A stretch of 64,000 nt of DNA from Octopus sinensis. Its lineage: Eukaryota. The position numbers and the translations under genes are program-made. Shown here one piece after another: positions 39,640-50,560 of this stretch. The notes under the pieces were generated by a model, which saw nothing but the letters and a program-made list of their open reading frames with translations, was not told the origin of the DNA and made no database searches. The stretch's first letter is position 1, and each line of letters begins with the position of its first letter. The DNA is taken from positions 6,324,001 through 6,388,000 of the forward strand of contig NC_043017.1 in the NCBI RefSeq assembly GCF_006345805.1. Reading direction: 5' to 3'.

Positions 39640-40385
39640 TGTATGTTGTGTCAAGTATATAAATGAATGCATATTCTTAAGCATGTGGATAAGTTTGGTA
39701 CATTATATTGGCACCAAAACTCAGGATGCTCCTCTGACTTCAATGCACATCAATGAGCACACACTTTGCACAAATTTCGTGCATGTTCAGATCTTCAAGA
39801 ATAATTCCGTGAACAGTTGCCACACCAACTCCAAAGAGTGTGCTTATTGTCTTTAGAGACACACAACAGTCTTTGTCCAGAAAATTGCAATGTCCTGATG
39901 TCCCTTTTTTTCTTTTATCACCTCTCATCTCCTCTCTATTATCCTTGAAATTCTTGTGCAAATGGAAAAGTTTATCCATAAGTAATCTGGAACATTTCAA
40001 CATAAGGGGACAAACAAGGACAGACAAACGGATTAAGTCGATTACATCGACCCCAGTACGCAACTGGTACTTAATTTATCGACCCCGAAAGGATGAAAGG
40101 CAAAGTCAACCTCGGCGGAATTTGAACTCAGAACGTAATGGCAGACGAAATACCGCTAGGCATTTCGCCCGGCGTGCTAACGTGTCTGCCAGCTTGTAAC
40201 CTTATACATAAGTGTCTGTAGTGTTTTTGCCCAAGTTTAACACAGAACTTCATTGCAAGCTTCCAGCATGTTCCAATGGCTTTATGCAGATTAGTCAACT
40301 GTGAAAAGCAGTGTTGCGTAGGCTGTGTCCAAAGTGCTGTTACAGCTATCTTCTCCAACCTGAAATATAAAAAAAAAAGTTGATA
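39640..40385 (-). mobile_element. Decayed mariner transposase, interrupted by a SINE at ~39985-40195
   Basis: AMKFCVKLG (N-terminus) and ISTLFGVGVATVHGIILEDLNMHEICAKCV (helix-turn-helix plus WVP linker region). Confidence 0.8.
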
Positions 40386-42412
40386 GGTACAGGTGTGACT
40401 GTATTAAGAAGCTTGCTTACCAACCACATGGTTCCAGGTTCAGTCCCGCTGCATGGCACCTTGGGCAAGTGTCTTCTACTATAGTCTCGGGCCAACCAAA
40501 GCCATGTGAGCGGATTTGGTAGAGGGAAACTGAAAGAAACCCGTTGTATATATATATGTGTGTGCGTGTGTGTGCATATGTCTGTCTGTCTGTCTTCCCA
40601 CCATCACTTGACAACCAATGTTGGTGTGTTTATGTCCCTGTAACTTAGCCTTTTAGCAAATTGACTGACAGAATAAGTACGAGGCTTACAAAGAATAAGT
40701 CCTGGGGTCGATTTCTTCAACTAAAGGCGGTGCTCCAGCATGGCTGTAGTCTTATGACTGAAAGAAATAAAAAAATAAAGGTCAGCTTCTTAGATGCATA
40801 GTAATAACAGTAAAATTACAAGAATCTAGAACAGTTATAAATATAGAGTAAAATGGAGGAGGAGGAGGAAGAGGAGGAGATTGATGGTGGTGGAGGTGAT
40901 GGTAGTGGTGTTGATGATGGTGATGATGACTAGGGGAGTCATCTTTGATAGCTGATCAAAGAATGGTGGTGGTGGTGGTGTGTTGCCCCCTTTGGCACCC
41001 TTCTGGAAACTCTGGGATAGATGGTGCTCTCCAGTCTTGTAAGGTAATTAATCAGAGATGAATGCCTATATATATATATATAATTATTATATATACTGCC
41101 ATCATTTAGCAATTGGTATTCGTTTGTTCATGTCCCTGTAACTTAGCAGGTCGGCAAAAGGAGACTGACAGAAAAGAAAAAAAAATAACACTCGTTTCAA
41201 TTTGACTAATCCCTTCAAGGCAGTGCTCTAGCATGGCCACAGTCCAATGACTGAAACAAGAATAAGATAAAAGATTTAAAAAAAAAAAGAAAGAATTAAT
41301 AACTGAGAGTACCAGTAATTCACTGGGGGATCTAACACCTCAGAATCAGTTGCTCCCTTGACAAGGTAAATCTGTATCACCTGCTAGAGCAGGTGTGTGA
41401 AACTGAGAGTACTTGTACTAATACCACTCCGACAAGCTGAGTCTGTAGGGGTGGTCACTTGATTATCAATTATACCATTTCTCTTCAGCTGCCAGTGTCT
41501 CCTTTGGAAAGGCATGAATGTAACAACATCTCATTAGTGTATATCTTGAGAATTTGTTGAAAGCAACAACACTCTGTCTGGGAGACTTATGGCACCGCCA
41601 TTCTCTCTCTCCCTCTCCAGAGAATTTACAATACTTCCTTCTTGTCTTTACAGACTTCTTAGCATTTCTTTTCCAGTCTCCTACTTTCTTCATTAAAATC
41701 ACCGGTGCCACCATCATCCCCATCACCACCACCACCATTACTACCCCTCCTCCATCATCATCATTATCACCACCATCATCATCATTATCACCACCATCAG
41801 CACCGCTACCATCACCTCCACCCCCACCACCACCACCTTCATTATCACTCATCAATCTTCTCCTCCTCCTCCGCCCCCACCCCTCCCTACTTCATCTTAC
41901 TCAACAATTATTACCTACCCCTTCCCCTCCCACTACCTCTACATCCTCCACCCAACCCACCCACCCCATCAAATTCTCTCTCACCACCCACACTCTTTCT
42001 CTCCCCCCTCTCTCTTTCTTTCTTTCTCTCTCTCTTCAATCAATTCCACAATGATTAACATTATTCACATCAAAGAGTTAATTAATTCCAATTGTAGTTG
42101 TTCTTGTAGTTACTGTTGCTGATGTTGTTACTGTAGTAGTAGTAGTAGTGGTGGTGGTGGTAGTACTGGTGGTAGTGGTGGTGGTGGTGGTGGTTATGCT
42201 TGTAGCTCTTTGTTCTTCCATTACATCAAAGTCTCCATTGCAAATTTGATGCCAGCATCATTGTTTTCTATTAACCACTAGTGTGCATGTGCGGCTGCGT
42301 GCATATATGTGTGTGCATGTGACTGCACAAGTGTGTGTGTGTGTATGAGAAAGTAAATATATGTGTGCATGAGTGAGCATCAACTTCTGTTTATATCTTC
42401 ATATATATATCT

Positions 42413-42448
<36 letters not shown>

Positions 42449-42491
42449 CTATAAATATAGAAAGAGAGAAATAGACAGACACAAATAAAAA

Positions 42492-42539
<48 letters not shown>

Positions 42540-42894
42540 GAGGCACAATGGCCCAGTGGTTAGGGCAGCGGTCTCGCGGTCGGAGGATCGCGGTTTCGAT
42601 TCCCAGACTGTTGGCCTGCTCGCTTAGCCAGCTGGGTGGCATCATTCAAAGGCTAAAACAATGCGAACGCATTGTGACCAGCGATGTGTAACAACATCTG
42701 ATGGTCTGGTCAGTCACCTGATCACATAATATATATATAGAGAGAGACTGAGAGACAGAAGCATGTACATGTATGTATGATGTGGGCACATGTATATGTG
42801 TGTGTGAGTAAATATAGAAATGTATTTGTATGTATACATGTATGCGTGTGTGTGAGTGTATGTATGCATGTATAATGTGTATCTCTTTTACTCG

Positions 42895-43075
42895 TTTCAG
42901 TCTATTGACTGCGGCCATGCTGGAGCACCGCCTTTAGTTGAGCAAATTGACCCTGGGACTTATTCTTTGTAAGCCCAGTACTTATTCTATCGGTCTCTTT
43001 TGCCGAACCGCTAAGTGACGGGGACGTAAACACACCAGCATCGGTTGTCAAGCAATGCTAGGGAGACAAACACAG

Positions 43076-43111
<36 letters not shown>

Positions 43112-43271
43112 GACAGGCTTCTTTCAGTTTCCGTCTACCAAATCCACTCACAAGGCATTGGTCGGCCCGGGGCTATAGAAGAAGACACTTGCCCAAGATG
43201 CCACGCAGTGGGACTGAACCCGGAACCATGTGGTTGGTTAGCAAACTACTTACCACACAGCCACTCCTGTG

Positions 43272-43275
<4 letters not shown>
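42895..43275 (-). mobile_element. Bipartite CORE-like SINE, near-intact reverse copy
   Basis: Reverse complement of 27109-27530 with very few differences. Confidence 0.88.
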
Positions 43276-43321
<46 letters not shown>

Positions 43322-45524
43322 GTATGTATGCATGCATGTATAATGTGTATATACATATATAATATGTATGTATGCATATATAATGTGTATATGTATAATG
43401 CATATTTGTATGTATGCATGTATAATCATCATCACCATTATTGTTTTCCATGCTGGCATGGGTTGGACGGTTTGACAGAGGACTGGCAATGACAGGAAGC
43501 GGCACCAGGCTCCAATCTGATCTAGCAAGGTTTCTACAGCTGGATGCCCTTCCTAACGCCAACCACTTCAAGAGTGTAGAGGATGCTTTTTATGTGCCAC
43601 CAGCATGGTGCCAATCAGGCGGCACTGCCATCGACTACATTCGAATGGTGCTTTTTATGTGTGTAATGTATGTATGTATATATATGTATATATATACATA
43701 CACACTAATACTGATGAGCTCAACACCACATTGGTGCTTTTTATGTGTATAATGTATGTATGTATATATATGTATATATACATACACACTAATACTGATG
43801 TGCTGAACACCACATTGGTGGATGTTCTTTATTTGTGAGTTAAGACGGCTACCATTGGTTTCATGCAGCAAGTAGTCATTCTACAATTATCATGCCTGTC
43901 ACATGAAAACGTTGGTACAAAATACCTAGTAGCAACCCTCCTGGCTCTTTAATGTTCCGAGTTCAAATCCAGCTGGGGTCCACTTTGCCTTTTTATTAAT
44001 TCAGGGTTAATAAAATAAAGTACCAGTCATGTACTGGGTTCAAAGTAATTATGTAACTGACTTGTCCTCTCCTCTGATAATTGGTGGCCATGGACCCTAC
44101 AATGGACTGGTGTCTCGTTTAGAGAGAAAAGGTGATTTCAGTCAGTCATACCCCATGGCAATCAGTAAATGGCATTATGAGTCCTAGAGGTCAAGAGAAG
44201 TATAAAAAATATAAGAATTGCATATGTGTGGTAAGAAGCTTGCTTCCCAACCACATGGTTCTGGGTTCAGTCTCACTGTGTGATACCTTGAGCAAGTGTC
44301 TTCTACTATAGCCTTAGACCAACCAAAGCCTTGTGAATGGATTTGGTAGACAGAAACTGAAAGAAGCCTGTCATGCATATACATATATATACATGTATAT
44401 AAAAATACCATTTGTATTGTTTTTATTATTGTATGTCATGTATATATACCCACTTGTATTGGAGACATTTTTTTTTCTAACTATATTGGGTATTAAACTG
44501 TGAAAAGTGGATGTTTTACATCCCTATAAGAAGAGCTTGCTTCCTTGTAGTGGAAAATTCCTGGCCTCCATGCCAGTGGCACGTAAAAAGCACCATCCGA
44601 TTGTGGCCGTTTGCCAGCGTCGTCTGGCACATAAAAAGCACCCACTACACTCATGGTCCAGCCGTGGAAACATTGCCAGATCAGACTGGGCCTGTTGCAG
44701 CCTTCTGGCTTCCCAGACCCCAGTTGGACCGTCCAACCCATGCCAGCATGGAAAGCAGACGCTAAACGATGATGATGATGATCATCATCATCATTATTAT
44801 GGCACTCCGACGGTTATGACAACGAGGGTTCCAGTTGATTCGATTAATGGAACAGCCTGCTCGTGAAATTAACATGCAAGTAGCTGAGCACTCCACAGAC
44901 ACATGTGTCCTTAATGTAGTCCTCAGGGAGATTCAGTGTGACACAGAATGTGACAAGACTGGTCCTTTGAAATACAGGCACAACAGAAACAAGAAAGAGT
45001 GAGAGAAAGTTGTGGTGAAAGAGTACAGCAGGGTTCGCCCCCCCCCCCAAGCCTCGTGGAGCTTTAGGTGTTTGCGCTCAATAAATACTCACAAGGAATG
45101 CTACTCTCTGAGACCCCTTTCGGAGCCCCTCTATCCATAAAATACAAATGCGTATATGTGTGTGCATATATATATACACACACACACACACATTCAGTTG
45201 AGAAAGTATTTGCACATACACAGAGATATTTCGAGTATTCAAGTAACACATACAGTGAAGCCTTTTCTTCCTGTACAAAAGAGTGACCAGCCCGTGTAGT
45301 CTACACACCATGAGCTGTAGCTTTGGTTACCACCTTTTCAAGCATAAAATAGCCTCACCATATGTATGTCATCCCCAACAAAAGCATGGCCAGCCTGTGT
45401 GGTCCACACCCTCTGCACATTCCAAGAAATGCCACTGATCCATGCTCTTATACTACAGAGCACTAATTACAACCGAAAAAAGAAAAAAAGTATGGTCTTT
45501 GAACACGGAATTATATAACACAGC

Positions 45525-46590
45525 TTATTCAACTAAGAAACATCGAAATACCATCAAATAAAGAATTCCGCGAAACGGTTATTGGAAAAGGTAGAAGATG
45601 CCCTAAAGCATATGAAATGGAAGGCTTTTTACACGATTCAGACATCAATGACTCACTCACCTATTTATAACTTGTGTATAAAAGCATGCAACTACCAGTC
45701 ATGAATTAAAGACTTCATACAATTTGTATGTGACCTCTTAGATATGAACATTGCTGAAAGTCTAACAACACCTTCTAGCAGAAACTAAACTTTGATACAG
45801 AAGAACATTAAAAAATCCAATAAAACCTTCATATTCGCAGATAAAACGAAAAATCTATAAGAATTAGGTAGACACGTACAATCGACTCGATATCCAACAA
45901 CATTACCGAAAACCATGGAACAGTTCACTTACATACTTAGAATAACATAAATAATGAAGCAAGCACTATAGACTGAAAATAGACAATAGATCAGAAATGT
46001 TTAGTTGAACGTAAAGTATATATATCACCTTCAAAGATCATTAAGAGAATTTCACCTCTAATCTGAAATGCAGATTAATCAATCCTACCAAGACCGAGAT
46101 TGGATTACTTAGTAAATACATTTTAAATAACATTAATGATAGAATGATGAAAGCCACCAACTGATGTCACTGGAACAATAAGAAAACTATAATCAGCTGG
46201 TTTTAAAACGAGCGAAGGAAAAGAAGGAAATCACTCAAGTAATTATTGTTGAATTTTATCCTCCATCTTGAAAGTGTTATGTATCAGAGCTCCAGGCTCT
46301 GCCAAGACATACATCACTGTTATTAACGAAGACAGAATTCATTACGTATGCCAGAACAAAATAAAAATAAAAAGAAGCTTACTTTTTGACAAAGCCCATC
46401 TGTTGATCTGATGTCAATATAAGATTGTTCAAAAGAAATATGTGATCTTTACATAGTGGGTGCACTTAACAGTAAACTCACAGCTATAGTTGTAGGCCTG
46501 CACAGAGATAACGGGTTGGCTTTATTGCAGAAGAGCAATTGTAATGAGTTGGGAAAAATTCAAACTAAACTTAACAGACGAGAAGAACAG
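45525..46590 (+). mobile_element. Decayed Penelope-like retroelement reverse transcriptase (Naiad/Chlamys-type)
   Basis: Frameshifted motifs read by eye: LLEKVEDALKHMKWKAF, IKKSNKTFIFADKTKNL, YITFKDH*ENFTSNLKCRLINPTKTEIG, IVEFYP, KRSLLF, and VGLHRDNGLA (from the YRDDG catalytic motif) at 46492-46524. Clade assignment is from memory. Confidence 0.8.
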
Positions 46591-46996
46591 GCATGGCAGC
46601 ATGGTTAAGAAGCCTGCTTTGAAACCACGTGGTTTTCGGTTCAGCCACACAATACTGCCCCTCATTTAAGTGTCTTCAATTATATGTTTCTTTACTACCC
46701 ACAAGGGGCTAAACACAGAGGGGACAAACAAGGACAGACACACAGATTAAGTCGATTACATCAACCCCAGTGCGTAACTGGTACTTATTTAATCAACCCC
46801 GAAAGGATGAAAGGCAAAGTCGACCTCGGCGGAATTTGAACTCAGAACGTAGCGGCAGACGAAATACCGCTAAGCATTTCGCCCGGCGAGCTAACGTTTC
46901 TGCCAGCTCACCGCCCTCAACTATAGTGTCTTCAACTATAGCTTCAGATTGACCAAAGCCTTGTGAATGGATTTGGTGGTCAGAAACTGTGACTAA

Positions 46997-47200
46997 GGCG
47001 GTGAGCTGGCAGAAACGATAGCACGCTGGGCGAAATGCTTATCAGTATTTCGTCTGCCATTACGTTCTGGGTTCAAATTCTGCCGAGGTCGATAAATTAA
47101 GTACTAGTTACACACTGGGGTCGATGTAATCGACTTAATCCCTTTGTCTGTCCTTGTTTGTCCTCTCTATGTTTAGCCCCTTGTGGGCAATAAAGAAAGA
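46997..47200 (+). mobile_element. tRNA-derived SINE family 1 (ggcgagctggcagaaacgttagc...), representative
   Basis: B box gttcaaattcc, tail ...agccccttgtggg. Copies at about 4424-4655, 15150-15290, 22197-22410, 51750-52200 (+) and 15290-15510, 39985-40195, 46695-46915, 47725-47950 (-). Confidence 0.88.
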
Positions 47201-48204
47201 AGAAACTGTGAGGAAGCTTGTTGTAGTTATTTGTTTGCCTGCCTGTATATATGTGTGTGTCTTTGTGTTTGCTCCCACCAACCCACCACCACCGCTTGAC
47301 AACCCATGTTGGTTTGTTTACAACCCCCATCATTCATAAGTTTGGCAAAAATGACATTCAAAAATATACATTAGGGTTGATCTTTTTTTTTTTTGACTAA
47401 AACTTTTGAAGGTGGTGCTCCAGCTTGGCCACTGTCCAATGACTGAAACAAGTAAAAACTAAAATATCAAAGACAATACTGGCAGGTACTGAAGTTGACC
47501 CCAGTATATGACTGTTACTATCTTTTATCAACTCCAGAAAAACAAAATAGAAATTTGAATCTAAAATGTAAACAGATACATTGAAGTAACAGCAAATATT
47601 TCTTCCAGCACTCGGCCATTTCAGACATCTTTCTGCTCCCACTCAATATATTCCATAAAATAATGGAAAAAAAAATCCTATTTTTTTACAGCCAAGAAAG
47701 TAAATTTCGAATGTAGTATATATTTCTTTACTGCCCACAAGGGGCTAAACACAGAGGAGACAAACAAGGACAGACAGACGGATTAAGTCGATTACATCGA
47801 TCCCAGTGCGTAACTGGTACTTATTTAATCAACCCCGAAAGGATGAAAGGCAAAGTCGACCTCGGCGGAATTTGAACTCAGAACATAATGGCAGACGAAA
47901 TACCACTAAGCATTTCGCCTGGCGCACTAACTTTTCTGCCAGCTCGCCGCCATAGCTTTGAAAACAGCAGAAAAATTAAGTATTTACCCTTAAAAGACGG
48001 ACATAAGTTCCCAGTAGATGGCTATGGGAGCCACCTGCTGGCCACTTATTCCCATCATATAAGGATAAAATATCCAGTTTTGCTGCTGATTTCATAGCCA
48101 TACTGCATTCAAAATTTATGTTCCTGTCTGTAAAATACCAAACACATTCCAATCATATTCATATTTACTTTAATGTTTATCCATTTTTGTTTTTTATATT
48201 GTAG

Positions 48205-48259
48205 AATTATCCACAGATGGAACTTGGAATATTCAAACTTGGTGCCATATTTATAGTTG
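48205..48259 (+). CDS. RHBDL: Rhomboid small exon (NYPQMELGIFKLGAIFIV)
   Basis: ttttatattgtag acceptor, GTAAGT donor at 48260. 55 nt, phase 0 in and phase 1 out, joining the flanking exons in frame. Missed by the ORF track. Confidence 0.9.
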
Positions 48260-48275
48260 GTAAGTACAGTATAAA

Positions 48276-48802
48276 TACATTATTTACATTTGGCAGATAT
48301 TTGTCCTCATTTTGTTTGTTGTTAACACAATGTTTCGGCTGATATACCCTCCAGCTTTCATCAGGTATCTTGGGGAAATTTTGAACCTGGGTTCTCATTC
48401 ATAAGATATTTTTTGATGTTATCACTATTATTATTCTTCAGGTCACAGCCTGGAATCGAACTCGGAATCTTGGGGTTAGTAGCCTGTGCTCTTAACCACT
48501 ATGCCATATTCTATGAGGTGTCATGCTGGCTTATGTGGTGGTGCATCTGGTGTGCCTGCCCCTGGTCGAACTCGGTCTTTCTTTGAGTGTGACTGCTGCA
48601 GCCATTCTTTTTTGACGGCTGTAAGTCGATTGCAGCACCTATGCCATAAACATCCTGTTGTCACCAATGAGCGCAGGATTGCTGCTCATAAGGAGCAGCT
48701 GGCTAGAAAGCATGTGGATCGAGCAGCCCATGGGCATATGGCATAGAGGTTAAGAGCACCGGCTACTAACCCCAAGATTCCGAGTTCGATTCCAGGCAGT
48801 GA

Positions 48803-48833
<31 letters not shown>

Positions 48834-49024
48834 GATAATAACAACAACAACAACATCGAAGAATACCTTAGGAATGAGAACCCATGTTCGAAATTTCCCC
48901 AAGACACCTGATGAAGGCTGGGGGTATATCAGCTGAAACATTGAGTTAACAACAAACAAGATGAGGACAAATATCCGTCAAATGTAAATAATGTACATAA
49001 TTCCTCATCTCTTAAACATAGAAC
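48276..49024. mobile_element. Palindromic head-to-head SINE with hammerhead tails, copy 2 (both arms, about 215 bp inserted at the centre)
   Basis: Arms 48276-48509 (-) and 48732-49024 (+). Centre gcccatgggc at 48726-48735. Hammerhead-like motifs at about 48324-48370 (-) and 48903-48948 (+). Confidence 0.85.
48510..48725 (+). mobile_element. Fragment resembling the N-terminal C2H2 zinc finger of R2/RLE-type non-LTR elements
   Basis: FECDCCSHSFLTAVSRLQHLCHKHPVVTNERR fits C-x2-C-x3-F-x-T-x6-H-x4-HP-x2-TN. Inserted at the centre of palindromic copy 2. Confidence 0.5.
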
Positions 49025-49579
49025 GGTAGAGTATAATCTAGTATACTGGTTTGCAAAGGCACATGGCCTAGTTGTTAGAGTGTCACACTCATAACTGCAA
49101 GATCATGGTTTCAGTTCCTGGACAAGGTAGCACCTTGTTAGATGAAGTGTTTTGTCAAGAATACATTGTTCTGCAAAGTAGGATTGAACATGAAGCCACA
49201 AGGTTTGCAAAGCAAACTTCTTAATCTCACAGCCATTTATGTCGAGATATTTTCCCTCCCTACCTTAATTACAAACCCAATCACTATATTCGCTCAGCAA
49301 ATTACTTTTGAAATATAAAGAACTATCATTGTCATTTAACATCCGCCCTCCATGCTGGCATGGGTGGAATGGTTCGACAGGAGCTGGCCAGGCAGAAGCC
49401 GGCACCAGGCTTCTGTGACTGTTTTGGCAGAATTTTTACGGCTGGATGCCCTTCAACGAAATTGACTAGCCCCTCCACCAAAATTTCAGGCCTTTTGTTG
49501 CTTAAATTTAAAATCATCATTATTATTATTATTATTGAATTGCTTATTCTGTTTCTTCTCCCTTTCTGTATCATTGCAG

Positions 49580-49812
49580 CAAGCGCTGACGTCGGCTTTG
49601 CTATCTGGGACCGGTATTCAGTGGACGATGCCCTTCCGCCAGTTGCGTACACAGCTCATTTAATGGGAGCTTTGGCCGGAATCACAATCGGTCTAGTTGT
49701 CCTGAAGAACTTTGAACAGAAACTCCATGAACAATATATTTGGTGGCTTGCTCTTGGAATTTACATTGCGTGTACGGTCTTTGCCATATTTTGGAATGTT
49801 TTCTACTACTAG
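49580..49812 (+). CDS. RHBDL: Rhomboid last coding exon with catalytic histidine (SADVGFAIWDRY...AYTAHLMGALAG...KNFEQKLHEQYIWWLALGIYIACTVFAIFWNVFYY*)
   Basis: tcattgcag acceptor, TAG at 49810-49812. Carries the AHxxGxxxG motif and an extra C-terminal hydrophobic helix. Closely resembles my recollection of the Drosophila Rhomboid-1 C-terminus. Confidence 0.96.
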
Positions 49813-50310
49813 ACTTTATATACTGCTATTACATTCTTCTCAGAACTTTCTCGAAGAACACAGACTCTGCAATATAAAGATTTTCCGACCCCTGCCCAAA
49901 AGACTCGTGTGATGTCTCCAAAATATGACACACGACCCCCACCCACACATACATTCGACATTCCAAAATTTCAATACAAAAATTTAAAAAAAACAAAATT
50001 TTCATTTAGACATGAACATCTTTAAAAGTAAGTATGTGTAAAAATGTATGTGTATATGTGTGTGTGTGTAAATATCAATATATGTATTTATATATACGAA
50101 TATATATGTAAATGTGTATATAAATGTGTGTGTATATACACACACATAAATATATATATATGAATGTATGCATTTATATATATATGTATATACATGTAAA
50201 TACATTTATATGAGTGTTTGTATGCATGTATATACATACATGTGTGTGTGTGTATATATATTATATGTGGGCATATAAACTTGTTTGTGTGTATGTATAT
50301 CTATATATAA

Positions 50311-50560
50311 ATGTATAGATGGGCTGGACACGTCGCCCGGCTCACCGATAATCGGTGGACGCACGCAGTTGTCGAGTGGTACCCGCATGAGCGGAAAAGA
50401 CCACCCGGAAGACCTCCACGACGGTGGAGTGACGATTTCAAGAGGACGATTGGGATCACGTGGATGAGAAAGGCGCGATCCAGAGAGGAGTGGACAGCGT
50501 GCTGTGACCAGCGGTGTCAAATGGACGCCTGACGGACTGGTCGGTCAAAGTGATCAAAGT
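50311..50560 (+). mobile_element. RTE-clade LINE 3' end (RT C-terminus plus 3' UTR)
   Basis: RWAGHVARLTDNRWTHAVVEWYP...KRPPGRPPRRWSDD, GC-rich, embedded in (TA/CA)n. Confidence 0.88.

Noticed and set aside
49360-49579. N-terminal part of ORF 49360-49812
   Set aside because: Read-through from SINE and (ATT)n intron sequence. Rhomboid similarity starts at the acceptor at 49580.
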